Shown here one piece after another: positions 29,781-38,477 of a stretch of 64,000 nt of DNA. The stretch lies in sequence record PP892525.1; one strand, written 5' to 3'. The notes under the pieces were generated by a model. That model was given only the letters and a program-made list of their open reading frames with translations. It searched no databases and was not told where the DNA came from. Within the stretch, counting starts at the first letter, position 1. The number at the start of each line of letters is the position of its first letter. The position numbers were made by a program, and so were the translations under genes. This DNA is from Escherichia phage vB_EcoS_I14.

Positions 29781-30062
29781 ATGATTTCAGCCAAAGAAGC
29801 TCAAGAACTTGCAGGATTAACAGAAGTACCCGCATTTCTAAAGTTTATAGAAGAAAAGATTGTAGAAGCTGCTAAGTCTGGAAATACAGAAGTAATTATT
29901 CGAGATAATCCTTACGCTAGGTGGCTATATAATCCTAGAGAAATGCCAGGAGCCGCTAAATCGGTACTAAAAACCTTATCGGATAAGGGGTATCATCTCT
30001 CACAATACTACCGAGAAGCCGCCTTTGTAGACATGGGTCTTAAAATTAGTTGGGAGGTATAA
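29781..30062 (+). CDS. hypothetical protein
   Basis: 93 aa ORF with promoter and RBS. Confidence 0.5.
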   Translation: MISAKEAQELAGLTEVPAFLKFIEEKIVEAAKSGNTEVIIRDNPYARWLYNPREMPGAAKSVLKTLSDKGYHLSQYYREAAFVDMGLKISWEV

Positions 30063-30538
30063 TGTCGGTTTTCCACATTTACACAGATGGTGCTTGTAAG
30101 TCTAACCCAGGTCCGGGTGCTTGGGGTTTTATTGTCTATGATGGTAACGACGATCGTTTAGGTTCTAAATCTGGTTATAATCCTAAAACCACAAATAATG
30201 AGATGGAACTCACAGCTATCGTAGAAGCCCTACGTTGGTCTGTTAAAAAAGATAATAGACCAATTGCTATCTATACTGACTCTGCTTATTGCAAAAATGG
30301 CATGGAAAGTTGGATGTTTTCTTGGCAAAGGAAAGGCTGGAAGAAAGCAGATGGTGAAGTCCCTCTTAATCTAGAACTTTGGCAGGAAGCATTTAAATTA
30401 ACACAGCAGTATATCAACTTTCATAATACTAACCCTACCTTTATTAAGGTTAAAGGACATTCTGGTATTAGTGGTAATGAAGCTGTAGATGCATTGTGTA
30501 ACACAGTTATTACTGAAGCTGAAATGGCTGAGATGTGA
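30062..30538 (+). CDS. rnhA: ribonuclease H
   Basis: YTDGA, NEMEL, YTDS and GHSG...NE.VD motifs; ATG 30062. Confidence 0.85.
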   Translation: MSVFHIYTDGACKSNPGPGAWGFIVYDGNDDRLGSKSGYNPKTTNNEMELTAIVEALRWSVKKDNRPIAIYTDSAYCKNGMESWMFSWQRKGWKKADGEVPLNLELWQEAFKLTQQYINFHNTNPTFIKVKGHSGISGNEAVDALCNTVITEAEMAEM

Positions 30539-30558
30539 TAAATAAATTAAAAATTTTC

Positions 30559-30587
30559 TTGCTTAAAGCCCTCTAATTTAGTATAAT
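30559..30587 (+). promoter_or_regulatory. sigma70-type early promoter
   Basis: TTGCTT-17bp-TATAAT. Confidence 0.7.
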
Positions 30588-30614
30588 ATTCTTATTGAAA
30601 GTGAGGAGGGCTTT

Positions 30615-30893
30615 ATGCGAATTTATAACTCAAATTCACTAGGATTTAAACCATTGAGAAAACGTGCACAATCACCTCGTCAAATAAGAAAGGCTAATAT
30701 TGGTGAGCCAGAAACACGTCTTCCACCTCCTCCAGAGCAACGTTTAGTTTATCTGGATGAAGAATTAGCTGAACGCGAAAGAAAAGCTCAGGAAGAGATT
30801 GAGCGTAAGAAAATGTGTACTGCTCCGGCGTATAATAAAGGAGCGTATCAATATGTCTCAGATGCTGAACAAGCTAAGATGGTTGGTAGATAA
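30615..30893 (+). CDS. hypothetical protein
   Basis: 92 aa ORF. Confidence 0.5.
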   Translation: MRIYNSNSLGFKPLRKRAQSPRQIRKANIGEPETRLPPPPEQRLVYLDEELAERERKAQEEIERKKMCTAPAYNKGAYQYVSDAEQAKMVGR

Positions 30894-30911
30894 TTTTTAA
30901 AAAAAATTCAT

Positions 30912-30940
30912 TTGCTAAACGCTTCAAATTCTCGTATAAT
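30912..30940 (+). promoter_or_regulatory. sigma70-type early promoter
   Basis: TTGCTA-17bp-TATAAT, then CATAAATTGATAAAC. Confidence 0.7.
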
Positions 30941-30978
30941 ATACTTCATAAATTGATAAACAAAAAGGAAAATAAATA

Positions 30979-31494
30979 ATGGCTAAGCAGAAAAACGCAA
31001 AAACTCAAGCAGCTCCGGCAGTTAAAACTTTCCCACAGACCGAGGCTAATCGCAAAGCTCGTCTGGAACGCCACCTGCGTAAGCATCCTACCGATGCTCA
31101 GGCTGCGCAAGCACTGAATAGTCCGGCTCCGATTCGTCAGAAGCCTAAAGCTAAAAATGCCACCCGTAAATCCTACAAAATGGTTATGTATGTAGAAAAT
31201 TACGGCCACAAATCTGTCTCAGTTTCCCTGAGCTTTAACGCTGGGGCTGAATTGTTCTCTCGTAATGGTATGTCCATGAAAGACTATGAGAAAGCAGTTA
31301 ACCAGAAGCGTAAACCAACAGCAGATGTATTACGTGATACTCGTGGACAGTTTGGTTCTGTTAAGCCAAATATCTTTGGCGTAGAGTATAGTAAAGATAA
31401 TGTTCGTGCTCTGTGTTACGGTGTAGGCATTAAGTTCACTGGTGATTCTGCTCGTAAATCTGCTAAACCAGCTCGCAAGCGTAAAGCGAAGTAA
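30979..31494 (+). CDS. hypothetical basic protein
   Basis: 171 aa, Lys/Arg-rich. Confidence 0.5.
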   Translation: MAKQKNAKTQAAPAVKTFPQTEANRKARLERHLRKHPTDAQAAQALNSPAPIRQKPKAKNATRKSYKMVMYVENYGHKSVSVSLSFNAGAELFSRNGMSMKDYEKAVNQKRKPTADVLRDTRGQFGSVKPNIFGVEYSKDNVRALCYGVGIKFTGDSARKSAKPARKRKAK

Positions 31495-31558
31495 TAGATA
31501 AATAGGGGCAGAAGCCCCTACAATCTACTAATTCTCTAACTAATCAAGGATATTTTTT

Positions 31559-31774
31559 ATGTTCTCTAAGAAACCACGTTCTGTTACTGAAATCGTTGCT
31601 TCCTTTACCACTATCACTGATGAGCTTCAAGCTCGTATTGAGGCTGATCAAAAAATTGCTGCGGATATTCAGAAACAGCAGGAAGAACTCGCTTTAAAGT
31701 TGGCTGAAACCAACAAGAGTGAAAAATCTGCCCAAACTATTATGGAAAATATCTTTAAACTGCTGGGCAAGTGA
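31559..31774 (+). CDS. hypothetical protein
   Basis: 71 aa ORF flanked by hairpins. Confidence 0.45.
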   Translation: MFSKKPRSVTEIVASFTTITDELQARIEADQKIAADIQKQQEELALKLAETNKSEKSAQTIMENIFKLLGK

Positions 31775-31783
31775 TTTAAATCA

Positions 31784-31808
31784 GGGGGCGAAAGCCCCTC
31801 TTATTTGG
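31784..31808 (+). terminator. intrinsic terminator
   Basis: AGGGGC-GAAA-GCCCCT hairpin followed by CTTATTT. Confidence 0.6.
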
Positions 31809-31815
31809 AGAAACT

Positions 31816-32052
31816 ATGCGTAATTTTGTAGCAAAGAATGATTTTAACCGTGCTAGCACTCATAAGTCCGCTAGAGATTATACACGACTTTCTAGTCATG
31901 AGGTAATGGATACCTGTTATGAAGAGCTGGAAGGTAGCTGGAATGAATGGCCCGGCCTCTCTATGGAAGAGAACTGGGATGTCAGTGAGGATATGCTTCC
32001 TGGTTTTAAAGACCCCAAGAAGTGGGAGTCTATTAAAGAGACAGCTCTTTAA
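31816..32052 (+). CDS. hypothetical protein
   Basis: 78 aa ORF. Confidence 0.4.
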   Translation: MRNFVAKNDFNRASTHKSARDYTRLSSHEVMDTCYEELEGSWNEWPGLSMEENWDVSEDMLPGFKDPKKWESIKETAL

Positions 32053-32080
32053 TAGTTTTCTACACAATAAAGGATAAGTT

Positions 32081-32782
32081 ATGAAAGTAAAACCATTTGG
32101 TATGCTAGATATTGAATCTCTAGGAACTCCAGGAGATTGTGGTACTACTCATATCGCAATGCCTTCTTTCGCTTTTGTGGCTATGCATGGAATTGATAAA
32201 GACCCTGATCTAGTATTTGTTACCTTAGATGTACAAGATCAACTTAATTCTGGTGCCAAAGTTACAGCATCTACTCTAGCATTCTGGATGGATCAGGCTA
32301 AACATAGCCCGTCTGCTATCCACATTATGGAAGCTATGAATGAGCGTAATCCAAAACTGATTGCCTTCCAAAATGGTAAACATCATTGCACTAATAAACT
32401 TGGCTCTAACCATGCTGCCTTCTCTATGGCTCAAAATATTATGGAGTTGGCTCTAGGTGAAAATGCTTTGTACTATGGCAATGGCCCAGAGTTTGATATG
32501 ACTATCTACTCTGCAAACACTTTCCATGCTGGAACCAATGAAGAAATAGTTCCGTGGAAATTCTGGAACTTGGGTAATGTTAGATCTCTTCGTAATCTCT
32601 GGATGCAAACTGGCTATAGTTATAAAGCTCTAGAAACCGAAGGTATTAGCTGGGCAATAGCTAAAATGGAGAAGATGGACACCATTCGTTATGGGATCTA
32701 TCCGGTTAAGCACGACCCAGCATTCGATGCCCTAGTTGAGAGCTATTGTGTTGCAGCTATGATCGAAAAAATGAAAATTTGA
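32081..32782 (+). CDS. DEDDh-type 3'-5' exonuclease (DnaQ/RNase T-like)
   Basis: 233 aa; Exo I MLDIESLG, Exo II YGNGPEFDM, Exo III HDPAFDA. Confidence 0.6.
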   Translation: MKVKPFGMLDIESLGTPGDCGTTHIAMPSFAFVAMHGIDKDPDLVFVTLDVQDQLNSGAKVTASTLAFWMDQAKHSPSAIHIMEAMNERNPKLIAFQNGKHHCTNKLGSNHAAFSMAQNIMELALGENALYYGNGPEFDMTIYSANTFHAGTNEEIVPWKFWNLGNVRSLRNLWMQTGYSYKALETEGISWAIAKMEKMDTIRYGIYPVKHDPAFDALVESYCVAAMIEKMKI

Positions 32783-32783
32783 T

Positions 32784-32812
32784 TTGCTTCCGGCTCCAAA
32801 ATTCTGTATAAT
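32784..32812 (+). promoter_or_regulatory. sigma70-type early promoter
   Basis: TTGCTT-17bp-TATAAT; -35 region overlaps the 3' end of CDS 32081-32782. Confidence 0.7.
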
Positions 32813-32852
32813 ATATTCATAAATTTGAGAAAACAATAAAAGGAAAACAAAT

Positions 32853-33035
32853 ATGCCAGTATCTAAAAATGTTCGTAAAAATGGTAAGAAAGCTACTCGT
32901 AATCTGGGTATCCGTCGTATGGCTGAACGTCAATCAGGTATCCAGAAAATCTTTGATCTGCTAAATCGTGCTAATCCTAAAATTGATAACAGTAACGATA
33001 CTGTTCTGCGCACCCTGCTGGCAATTGGTCTGTAA
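32853..33035 (+). CDS. hypothetical small basic protein
   Basis: 60 aa ORF. Confidence 0.4.
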   Translation: MPVSKNVRKNGKKATRNLGIRRMAERQSGIQKIFDLLNRANPKIDNSNDTVLRTLLAIGL

Positions 33036-33088
33036 TAGACCAAATTTAAACAAATTCAAATCTCAAACTTCATATAAGGAAGCAAATA

Positions 33089-33727
33089 ATGACTACTCGT
33101 ATCTCTAAAACTCGCGCTCTGGCAACTATCAAATCTCTGGAAGCTAAAATCCGTAAAGCTACTGAACAACAGCTTCTGATCGCTGTTGGTGAAGGTAAGG
33201 ATAAAAACCAGGTTGTAGTTGGCGCTGCAATCGAAGTAGATGCCCTGTCTACTCGTATTAAAACTGATTTCCAATCTCTGCTGGATATGATGTCTCAGCG
33301 TGATCGTATTAAATCTGCTCTGATTAAGAGCAATGCAGAAACAATCGTTGAGATTGGTTCTCGTAAGATGACTGTTGCGGAAGCAATTGAAGCTAAGCGT
33401 TCTATGGAGCTTAAAGCTCAGCTGCTGGCTAACATGCGTAAGCAGTTCCATGCCGCTACGGTTAAGTTTAATACGCAGAAAGCACAGTTTGATGCTAAAT
33501 ATGAGCGTTTGCAGGATAGCATGGCTACCCGCGATAAGAAAACTTCCGAAGATGAAGTTAAAATGCAGCTCAATCTGCTGGAACTCAAGAATACTCCATT
33601 CTTGATTGATCCGCTGGAACTGGAGAAGCTGATTAAGCAGCATGACGAGGAATACCAGGACTTTGCAACAAATGTTGACTTTGTTCTATCCGAGTCTAAC
33701 GCCTCTACCTTCATTGAAGTAGAGTAA
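33089..33727 (+). CDS. hypothetical protein, predicted coiled coil
   Basis: 212 aa ORF. Confidence 0.5.
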   Translation: MTTRISKTRALATIKSLEAKIRKATEQQLLIAVGEGKDKNQVVVGAAIEVDALSTRIKTDFQSLLDMMSQRDRIKSALIKSNAETIVEIGSRKMTVAEAIEAKRSMELKAQLLANMRKQFHAATVKFNTQKAQFDAKYERLQDSMATRDKKTSEDEVKMQLNLLELKNTPFLIDPLELEKLIKQHDEEYQDFATNVDFVLSESNASTFIEVE

Positions 33728-34110
33728 TAATTTAAAAGCTAGTAAATCGGTAGACGAAAGCCCAAGCATCTTACCTCGCAGCAGCGGTTGAAATACGAGG
33801 TTAAATAAGACCGCTGACCATACTATAAAGTATAATCTATTGGAGATTATGTTTATTACACCAGCCTTTTAAGCTGACACGTAAGAACAAAGCGTCGTTG
33901 ATATTACCGACACAACTTCAAAGATCAACATTTAAGTATGAAAGCTGAAAAGTTTAAAGAACTCAAACTTCTAAACTTCTAAAGCTAAAAGATGCAAAGT
34001 ATTCGTTGATGATTCAAACCCTAGATCAAAGGTACATGGCTCATAAGATATGGCCTGTGGCGCCTCTAGGCTGTTTATCGGTTTACTAGTTTCACAATTT
34101 AAAAATGTAT

Positions 34111-34139
34111 TTGCTAATTTACTAAGTTATCTGTATAAT
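34111..34139 (+). promoter_or_regulatory. sigma70-type early promoter
   Basis: TTGCTA-17bp-TATAAT, then TTAAATTGATGAAACGAGG. Confidence 0.7.
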
Positions 34140-34169
34140 ATATTTTTAAATTGATGAAACGAGGCTATT

Positions 34170-34487
34170 ATGACTTTTCATATTTTGATTGATGATGTGC
34201 GTAATCTTCACGGAATGGACATTATCATTCGAACCCCAGAAGCCGCTGTAGAGTTTCTGAATAAAACTGATACCACCGGCCATTTCGTTTATATGGATAA
34301 TGACTTGGCTGTAGATGGTATGGAAGGTTATCAAATTCTTCGTTTACTCTTAGAATTTGGGCAGAGACCAAAGAAAGTGGTACTAGTAACCTCGAACCCA
34401 GTAGCTAAGCAAAATATGCGTAATGATTTGCTTGACTTAGGGTATAAAGAAAATCCCAATCGTGTTGAATATGATTGGCAGGAGTAA
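34170..34487 (+). CDS. receiver (REC/CheY-like) domain protein, stand-alone
   Basis: 105 aa; ILIDD, FVYMDNDL, VVLVTSN and PVAK fit the DD-D-T-K receiver pattern. Confidence 0.45.
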   Translation: MTFHILIDDVRNLHGMDIIIRTPEAAVEFLNKTDTTGHFVYMDNDLAVDGMEGYQILRLLLEFGQRPKKVVLVTSNPVAKQNMRNDLLDLGYKENPNRVEYDWQE

Positions 34488-34492
34488 AAAGA

Positions 34493-34942
34493 ATGAAGGC
34501 AGCTTTGCTTTTAGTAGCTGCCCTTACCTTCAGCTTTAGTAGTCAGGCATCGCACGATGCAAAAGAAATAGATTGCATTGCTAAAAATATCTATTTCGAG
34601 AGTCGTGGTGAGGGCATAAAGGGAATGACGGCAATTGCACATGTTACTAAAAACCGTGTAAACTCCGGTAAATTCCCAGATTCCTACTGTAAAGTAGTAT
34701 ATCAGTCTAACCAGTTCTCTTGGGTATCTAAGAGACCAAAAGTTGATAAAACTGATGAGGCTTGGCAAACCGCTAAGAATTTAGCTAGAGTGATATACTA
34801 CGTTGATTTACCACAAGATCCTACACATGGAGCACTATACTTCCATAGTGGTAAAGATAAACCTTACTGGACAAAGAAATTTAAGAAAACAACTAAGATT
34901 AAGGGACATACGTTTTATAAACCTGTTGTCACTAAAACTTAA
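34493..34942 (+). CDS. secreted cell-wall hydrolase (SleB/Hydrolase_2-like)
   Basis: Signal peptide MKAALLLVAALTFSFSSQA; motifs IYFESRGE, AIAHVTKNRV, CKVVYQSNQFSW; the track ORF starts at 34475. Confidence 0.65.
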   Translation: MKAALLLVAALTFSFSSQASHDAKEIDCIAKNIYFESRGEGIKGMTAIAHVTKNRVNSGKFPDSYCKVVYQSNQFSWVSKRPKVDKTDEAWQTAKNLARVIYYVDLPQDPTHGALYFHSGKDKPYWTKKFKKTTKIKGHTFYKPVVTKT

Positions 34943-34950
34943 AAATTTAC

Positions 34951-34979
34951 TTGCTTAAATACTTAAATTTCTGTATAAT
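34951..34979 (+). promoter_or_regulatory. sigma70-type early promoter
   Basis: TTGCTT-17bp-TATAAT, then CATAAATTAATGAGAGG. Confidence 0.7.
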
Positions 34980-35010
34980 ACTTCCATAAATTAATGAGAG
35001 GAAGCGAAAT

Positions 35011-35181
35011 ATGAAATCAGTTGTAATTATTGGTGTTAACACTCGCGGTATTCGTACTACGAAAACTGTTAAAACTTCTAACGTTGCTGAGATCACTACG
35101 AACCCTAAAAAGTTTGATTTCGCCAAAGTCTCAGCAGTTATGACAGAACAATCTTTTAACCAAGCATTGGGGATGAAATAA
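35011..35181 (+). CDS. hypothetical small protein
   Basis: 56 codons from ATG 35011; not in the ORF track. Confidence 0.35.
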   Translation: MKSVVIIGVNTRGIRTTKTVKTSNVAEITTNPKKFDFAKVSAVMTEQSFNQALGMK

Positions 35182-35615
35182 TGGGTACGAATATGATTCG
35201 TGTGCTGCGAGAATTAATTGAAAAAGCTCGCAAACACGGTGATACTGTGTCAGTCAAGCACCTTAGTACGATTTTAGGTGACTTACAACGAATTGATAAA
35301 GATTGCGTATCTAGACTAGAGTTTACTAACTGGATTAAATCACAGTTCAAAGCAATTGAGAGTACAATGACTTCTGCTGCAAAAGCAAATATCGAGTATA
35401 CTCCAGATGCTGAATATCTCGACTTGTTAGCAGGTCTAGAGTATGAATATGCTCTAGAGCAGTTAACTGAAGTTCAGATTCGTGAGTATTTTGCAGAACT
35501 GGTTAAATTAAACCCAGGTATTACCAAAGCTCTATTAATGAAAACTATTAAGGCAGAATTTCCTGGACGTTATGACGGTAAAACAACTGCTTTGATTGCT
35601 AGTGAATTTTTCTAA
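35181..35615 (+). CDS. hypothetical protein
   Basis: 144 aa ORF. Confidence 0.5.
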   Translation: MGTNMIRVLRELIEKARKHGDTVSVKHLSTILGDLQRIDKDCVSRLEFTNWIKSQFKAIESTMTSAAKANIEYTPDAEYLDLLAGLEYEYALEQLTEVQIREYFAELVKLNPGITKALLMKTIKAEFPGRYDGKTTALIASEFF

Positions 35616-35623
35616 AAATTCAC

Positions 35624-35652
35624 TTGCTAAATGCTTATAAATTCTGTATAAT
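35624..35652 (+). promoter_or_regulatory. sigma70-type promoter at the start of the tRNA/ncRNA region
   Basis: TTGCTA-17bp-TATAAT; no ORF follows for about 750 bp. Confidence 0.7.
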
Positions 35653-35718
35653 ATATTCATAAATTAGAGAGTAATTTCTATCTAATTTATAAATAGTGGG
35701 GTGTGGAAATCACTTATG

Positions 35719-35790
35719 TAGTAACACTGCCGTCCTAGTATAATTGGTATTATCAAGCCGTAACTGGTGGAAGATGTAGGTTCGAATCCT
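35719..35790 (+). tRNA. tRNA-like element, anticodon arm not foldable
   Basis: T-arm GTAGG-TTCGAAT-CCTAC and acceptor GCCGTCC/GGTCGGT with one mismatch; no convincing D or anticodon stem; no CCA. Confidence 0.3.
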
Positions 35791-36293
35791 ACGGTCGGTA
35801 AGAACTGGATAACTGATGCTTTTAACGTAAAAGCTTCCGAGGTTAGTTGCGCACTGCCTAAACCACGCGGTAGTTGGTTCCAGACTAACCAACCAGTCTG
35901 CTGAATAGTTTTATTACGATTTAACTATGTCCAGGCTAAAGAAGAACTTTAGAAGGTATTTCTAGGATAGTGAAGTTCTTTCTCCATATCGGAGTAGTTT
36001 TTCAAGCTATCCACAAAGTGGGAAATGCTGACATGAGAGATGTCACTAATGGTGCACAATAGCACAGGTAATTCGCGATAACTCCTGTTGAGTAGCAGCA
36101 AAAGGCGGGAAGTCATGACCCCAAGCCTAACCGAGTCCTCAATATACCGCAGGACATAACCACTAAGTCACCCTGACTTAAACTGGAAAATAATAGACGT
36201 TACTGTATTTTGTCTTGAAATACTTAATGAGTGAGACTTATGATTCTCCCGGTATCGTCTGTATTTTTAAGAGTTTTTACGAGAGTTCTTAAA

Positions 36294-36368
36294 AATACTT
36301 AAACGGGGTGTAGTCTAATGGAGAGGCAGGAGTCTTCTAAATTCCTTTATGCAGGTTCGAATCCTGTC
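36294..36368 (+). tRNA. tRNA-Arg(TCT), tentative
   Basis: Acceptor CGGGGTG/CACCTCG; anticodon stem GGAGT/ATTCC, loop CTTCTAA; T-arm GCAGG-TTCGAAT-CCTGT; CCA encoded; short D-arm. Confidence 0.55.
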
Positions 36369-36412
36369 ACCTCGGCCAATTTTATTAACTGTAACTAAAA
36401 CAAAGGAAACAT

Positions 36413-37360
36413 ATGTTTAATACTAAAAATATGAAAGAATTGACTTCTGAGCAGAAAGTAATTCGTACTATTAAACGTTGGGGTATTGGTGCTATAGTTG
36501 GTTTAGCAGGTTTAATCCTAGCTTTTAATTCGTATACCATTGTTTCTGATGGTACGGTTAAAACCCAAACATTCCTGGGTAAAGTAGACCCTAATCCAGT
36601 ATTACCTGGTTTCCATCTTGTAAACCCGTTTGCATCTTTCGATACTTTTAGTACAAAAGATATTGCTGTAAAATTAGATAAACTTCAGGTTCCTAGCCAG
36701 GATAAGTTTAAATCCACTGTTGACCTGACTGTTATGTTGCAGTTTGATGGTTCTAAGGCACCAATTAACCGTATTAACGCAGGTACTCAGGATCAAGCGT
36801 TAGACAAGTATGTAACTGAAAAATTACTGTCTACTATTCGTGAGTTTGGTAAGTCTGTACCTAAAGCACAAGATTTGTTTGATGCTAAAATTCAGGCTCA
36901 ATTGCAAACCGCAATTCAACAAGAAGTTGAAGAGTATGCACGCCCATATGGTTACACAGTTAAGCAGGTATTCCTTCAGGATATTACTCTACCACCAGTA
37001 ATCATGGAACAGGTACAGAATACCAAAGTTCGTGAAGAGCAAGTTAATGCTGCGAAAGCTGAATTGGCTCGTGTTGAACAGGAAGCACAGCAAAAAGTTA
37101 AACAAGCAGAAGCAGATCGTGAAGCTCGCAACAACCAAGCTATTGCTAATGAACGTGACGCAGATGCTAAACTGTACGCAGCTAAGAAAGAAGCTGAAGC
37201 TAACGCCGCACTGCAACGTACCATTACTCCTGAGATGATTCGTTGGAAACAACTGGAAGTTGAGATGATTCGTGCTCAGAAATATCAAGGTGGTGTACCG
37301 CAGACTGTGGTTGGCACTGGCTATGATGGCCAAATGATTATGGATATGCGTAATAAATAA
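36413..37360 (+). CDS. SPFH/band-7 (prohibitin/HflKC-like) membrane protein
   Basis: 315 aa; N-terminal TM segment, SPFH-like core, Ala/Glu/Gln-rich coiled coil. Confidence 0.7.
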   Translation: MFNTKNMKELTSEQKVIRTIKRWGIGAIVGLAGLILAFNSYTIVSDGTVKTQTFLGKVDPNPVLPGFHLVNPFASFDTFSTKDIAVKLDKLQVPSQDKFKSTVDLTVMLQFDGSKAPINRINAGTQDQALDKYVTEKLLSTIREFGKSVPKAQDLFDAKIQAQLQTAIQQEVEEYARPYGYTVKQVFLQDITLPPVIMEQVQNTKVREEQVNAAKAELARVEQEAQQKVKQAEADREARNNQAIANERDADAKLYAAKKEAEANAALQRTITPEMIRWKQLEVEMIRAQKYQGGVPQTVVGTGYDGQMIMDMRNK

Positions 37361-37383
37361 TACCCGCACGTAACATCTGAAGT

Positions 37384-37419
37384 GAGCCCTGCGTTCCCTG
37401 GAGAGCGCAGGGCTTTTCT
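37384..37419 (+). terminator. intrinsic terminator after the SPFH gene
   Basis: GAGCCCTGCG...CGCAGGGCT hairpin followed by TTTT. Confidence 0.7.
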
Positions 37420-37456
37420 ATATAATGTATTTGTAAATCTAACTAGGAGATCAAAT

Positions 37457-37975
37457 ATGAATGTTGATGAGCTAATACAGCACCTCTTATCTAGGGGATT
37501 TGATACAGATAAATATCATTGCTGGTTAAGTCCGGAAGGATGGCTAACAGTCCCGTTGTATGACTTCTCTGGGATGTTGAGAGGCTATCAGACTTATAAT
37601 CCTTCTGCTCCCAAAAGGCAGGGTAAGTGCCCATTTGAAGCTAAATATTTTACCCATTCTACTACACAGTGTGTATGGGGGCTAGAAACTCTCAATGGAG
37701 ATGAAAAAGTAGTATTGATTGCTGAATCTGTATTTAAGGCAGTTGCGTTACATAACGCTGGTTATCCCGCCCTAGCAATGTTGGGTTCTTCTCCGGGAAA
37801 AGCATTATTAAAGCAACTGAAATTACTACCTTTTAAATTGATAGCTATTGGTGACAATGATCCCGATGGTGAAAAATTTGCTAGAAAATTAAACGGCTTT
37901 GTTTCTCCCGTAGATGTGGATGAGATGTCTACCGAAAACTTGAAAAATTTTCTTGCTATGAAGCTAAATTTCTAA
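37457..37975 (+). CDS. hypothetical protein with Toprim-like motifs
   Basis: ATG 37457 after AGGAGA; VVLIAESVF and IAIGDNDPDGEKFA; the track ORF starts at 37382 inside the terminator. Confidence 0.45.
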   Translation: MNVDELIQHLLSRGFDTDKYHCWLSPEGWLTVPLYDFSGMLRGYQTYNPSAPKRQGKCPFEAKYFTHSTTQCVWGLETLNGDEKVVLIAESVFKAVALHNAGYPALAMLGSSPGKALLKQLKLLPFKLIAIGDNDPDGEKFARKLNGFVSPVDVDEMSTENLKNFLAMKLNF

Positions 37976-37981
37976 TATAAT
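37953..37981 (+). promoter_or_regulatory. sigma70-type promoter upstream of tRNA-Ser
   Basis: TTGCTA-17bp-TATAAT; -35 lies in the 3' end of CDS 37457-37975. Confidence 0.65.
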
Positions 37982-37994
37982 ATATCTTATAAAT

Positions 37995-38085
37995 TCGGAA
38001 GAATAGCATAACGGTATTGCAGCAGATTGCTAATCTGTCGGTTTGAAATATAGCCTTGTGGGTTCGATTCCCACTTCTTCCGCCA
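37995..38085 (+). tRNA. tRNA-Ser(GCT), type II
   Basis: Acceptor GGAAGAA/TTCTTCC; anticodon loop TTGCTAA; long variable arm; T-loop GTTCGATTC; CCA encoded. Confidence 0.7.
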
Positions 38086-38091
38086 GATTTT

Positions 38092-38169
38092 GGTTCTCAA
38101 GCTCATATGGTATGAGCACCCGGCTCATAACCGGAAGGTACGTAGGTTCGAATCCTCGGGGAGCCACCA
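38092..38169 (+). tRNA. tRNA with CAT anticodon (Met or Ile2), tentative
   Basis: Acceptor GGTTCTC/GGGAGCC; D-stem GCTC/GAGC; anticodon loop CTCATAA; T-stem has two mismatches; CCA encoded. Confidence 0.5.
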
Positions 38170-38385
38170 ATTAAATAGAGGTCACAAATGGATCTATATA
38201 TATAGTTTATGTTGTGTTTATCCAAGATAGAGAATACCCGGATGAATATAAAAAAGGATATAGGTTAGCCAGAGCTACTTCTGAAGCCCAAGCTATGGAT
38301 AAAGTGGCAGATTATATGATTACAGTAGAAAACGTACACTATATCGACTACCTTGAAGCCTCAAAAGTAATTGACTAAACTACAT

Positions 38386-38462
38386 GGGGGTGTAATCGAA
38401 TTGGCATAGGTACTGGACTTAAAATTCAGGTTTTGTGGGTTCGAATCCCACCACCCCTACCA
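38386..38462 (+). tRNA. tRNA, anticodon tentatively TAA (Leu)
   Basis: Acceptor GGGGGTG/CACCCCT; T-arm GTGGG-TTCGAAT-CCCAC; CCA encoded; D-arm unclear. Confidence 0.5.
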
Positions 38463-38477
38463 AATTAAGGAAATAAG

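Noticed and set aside
38170-38385. Possible additional tRNA or gene between tRNA-CAT and the next tRNA
   Set aside because: No T-arm or acceptor pairing was found and only ORFs of 27 codons or fewer are present; left unannotated as AT-rich spacer.
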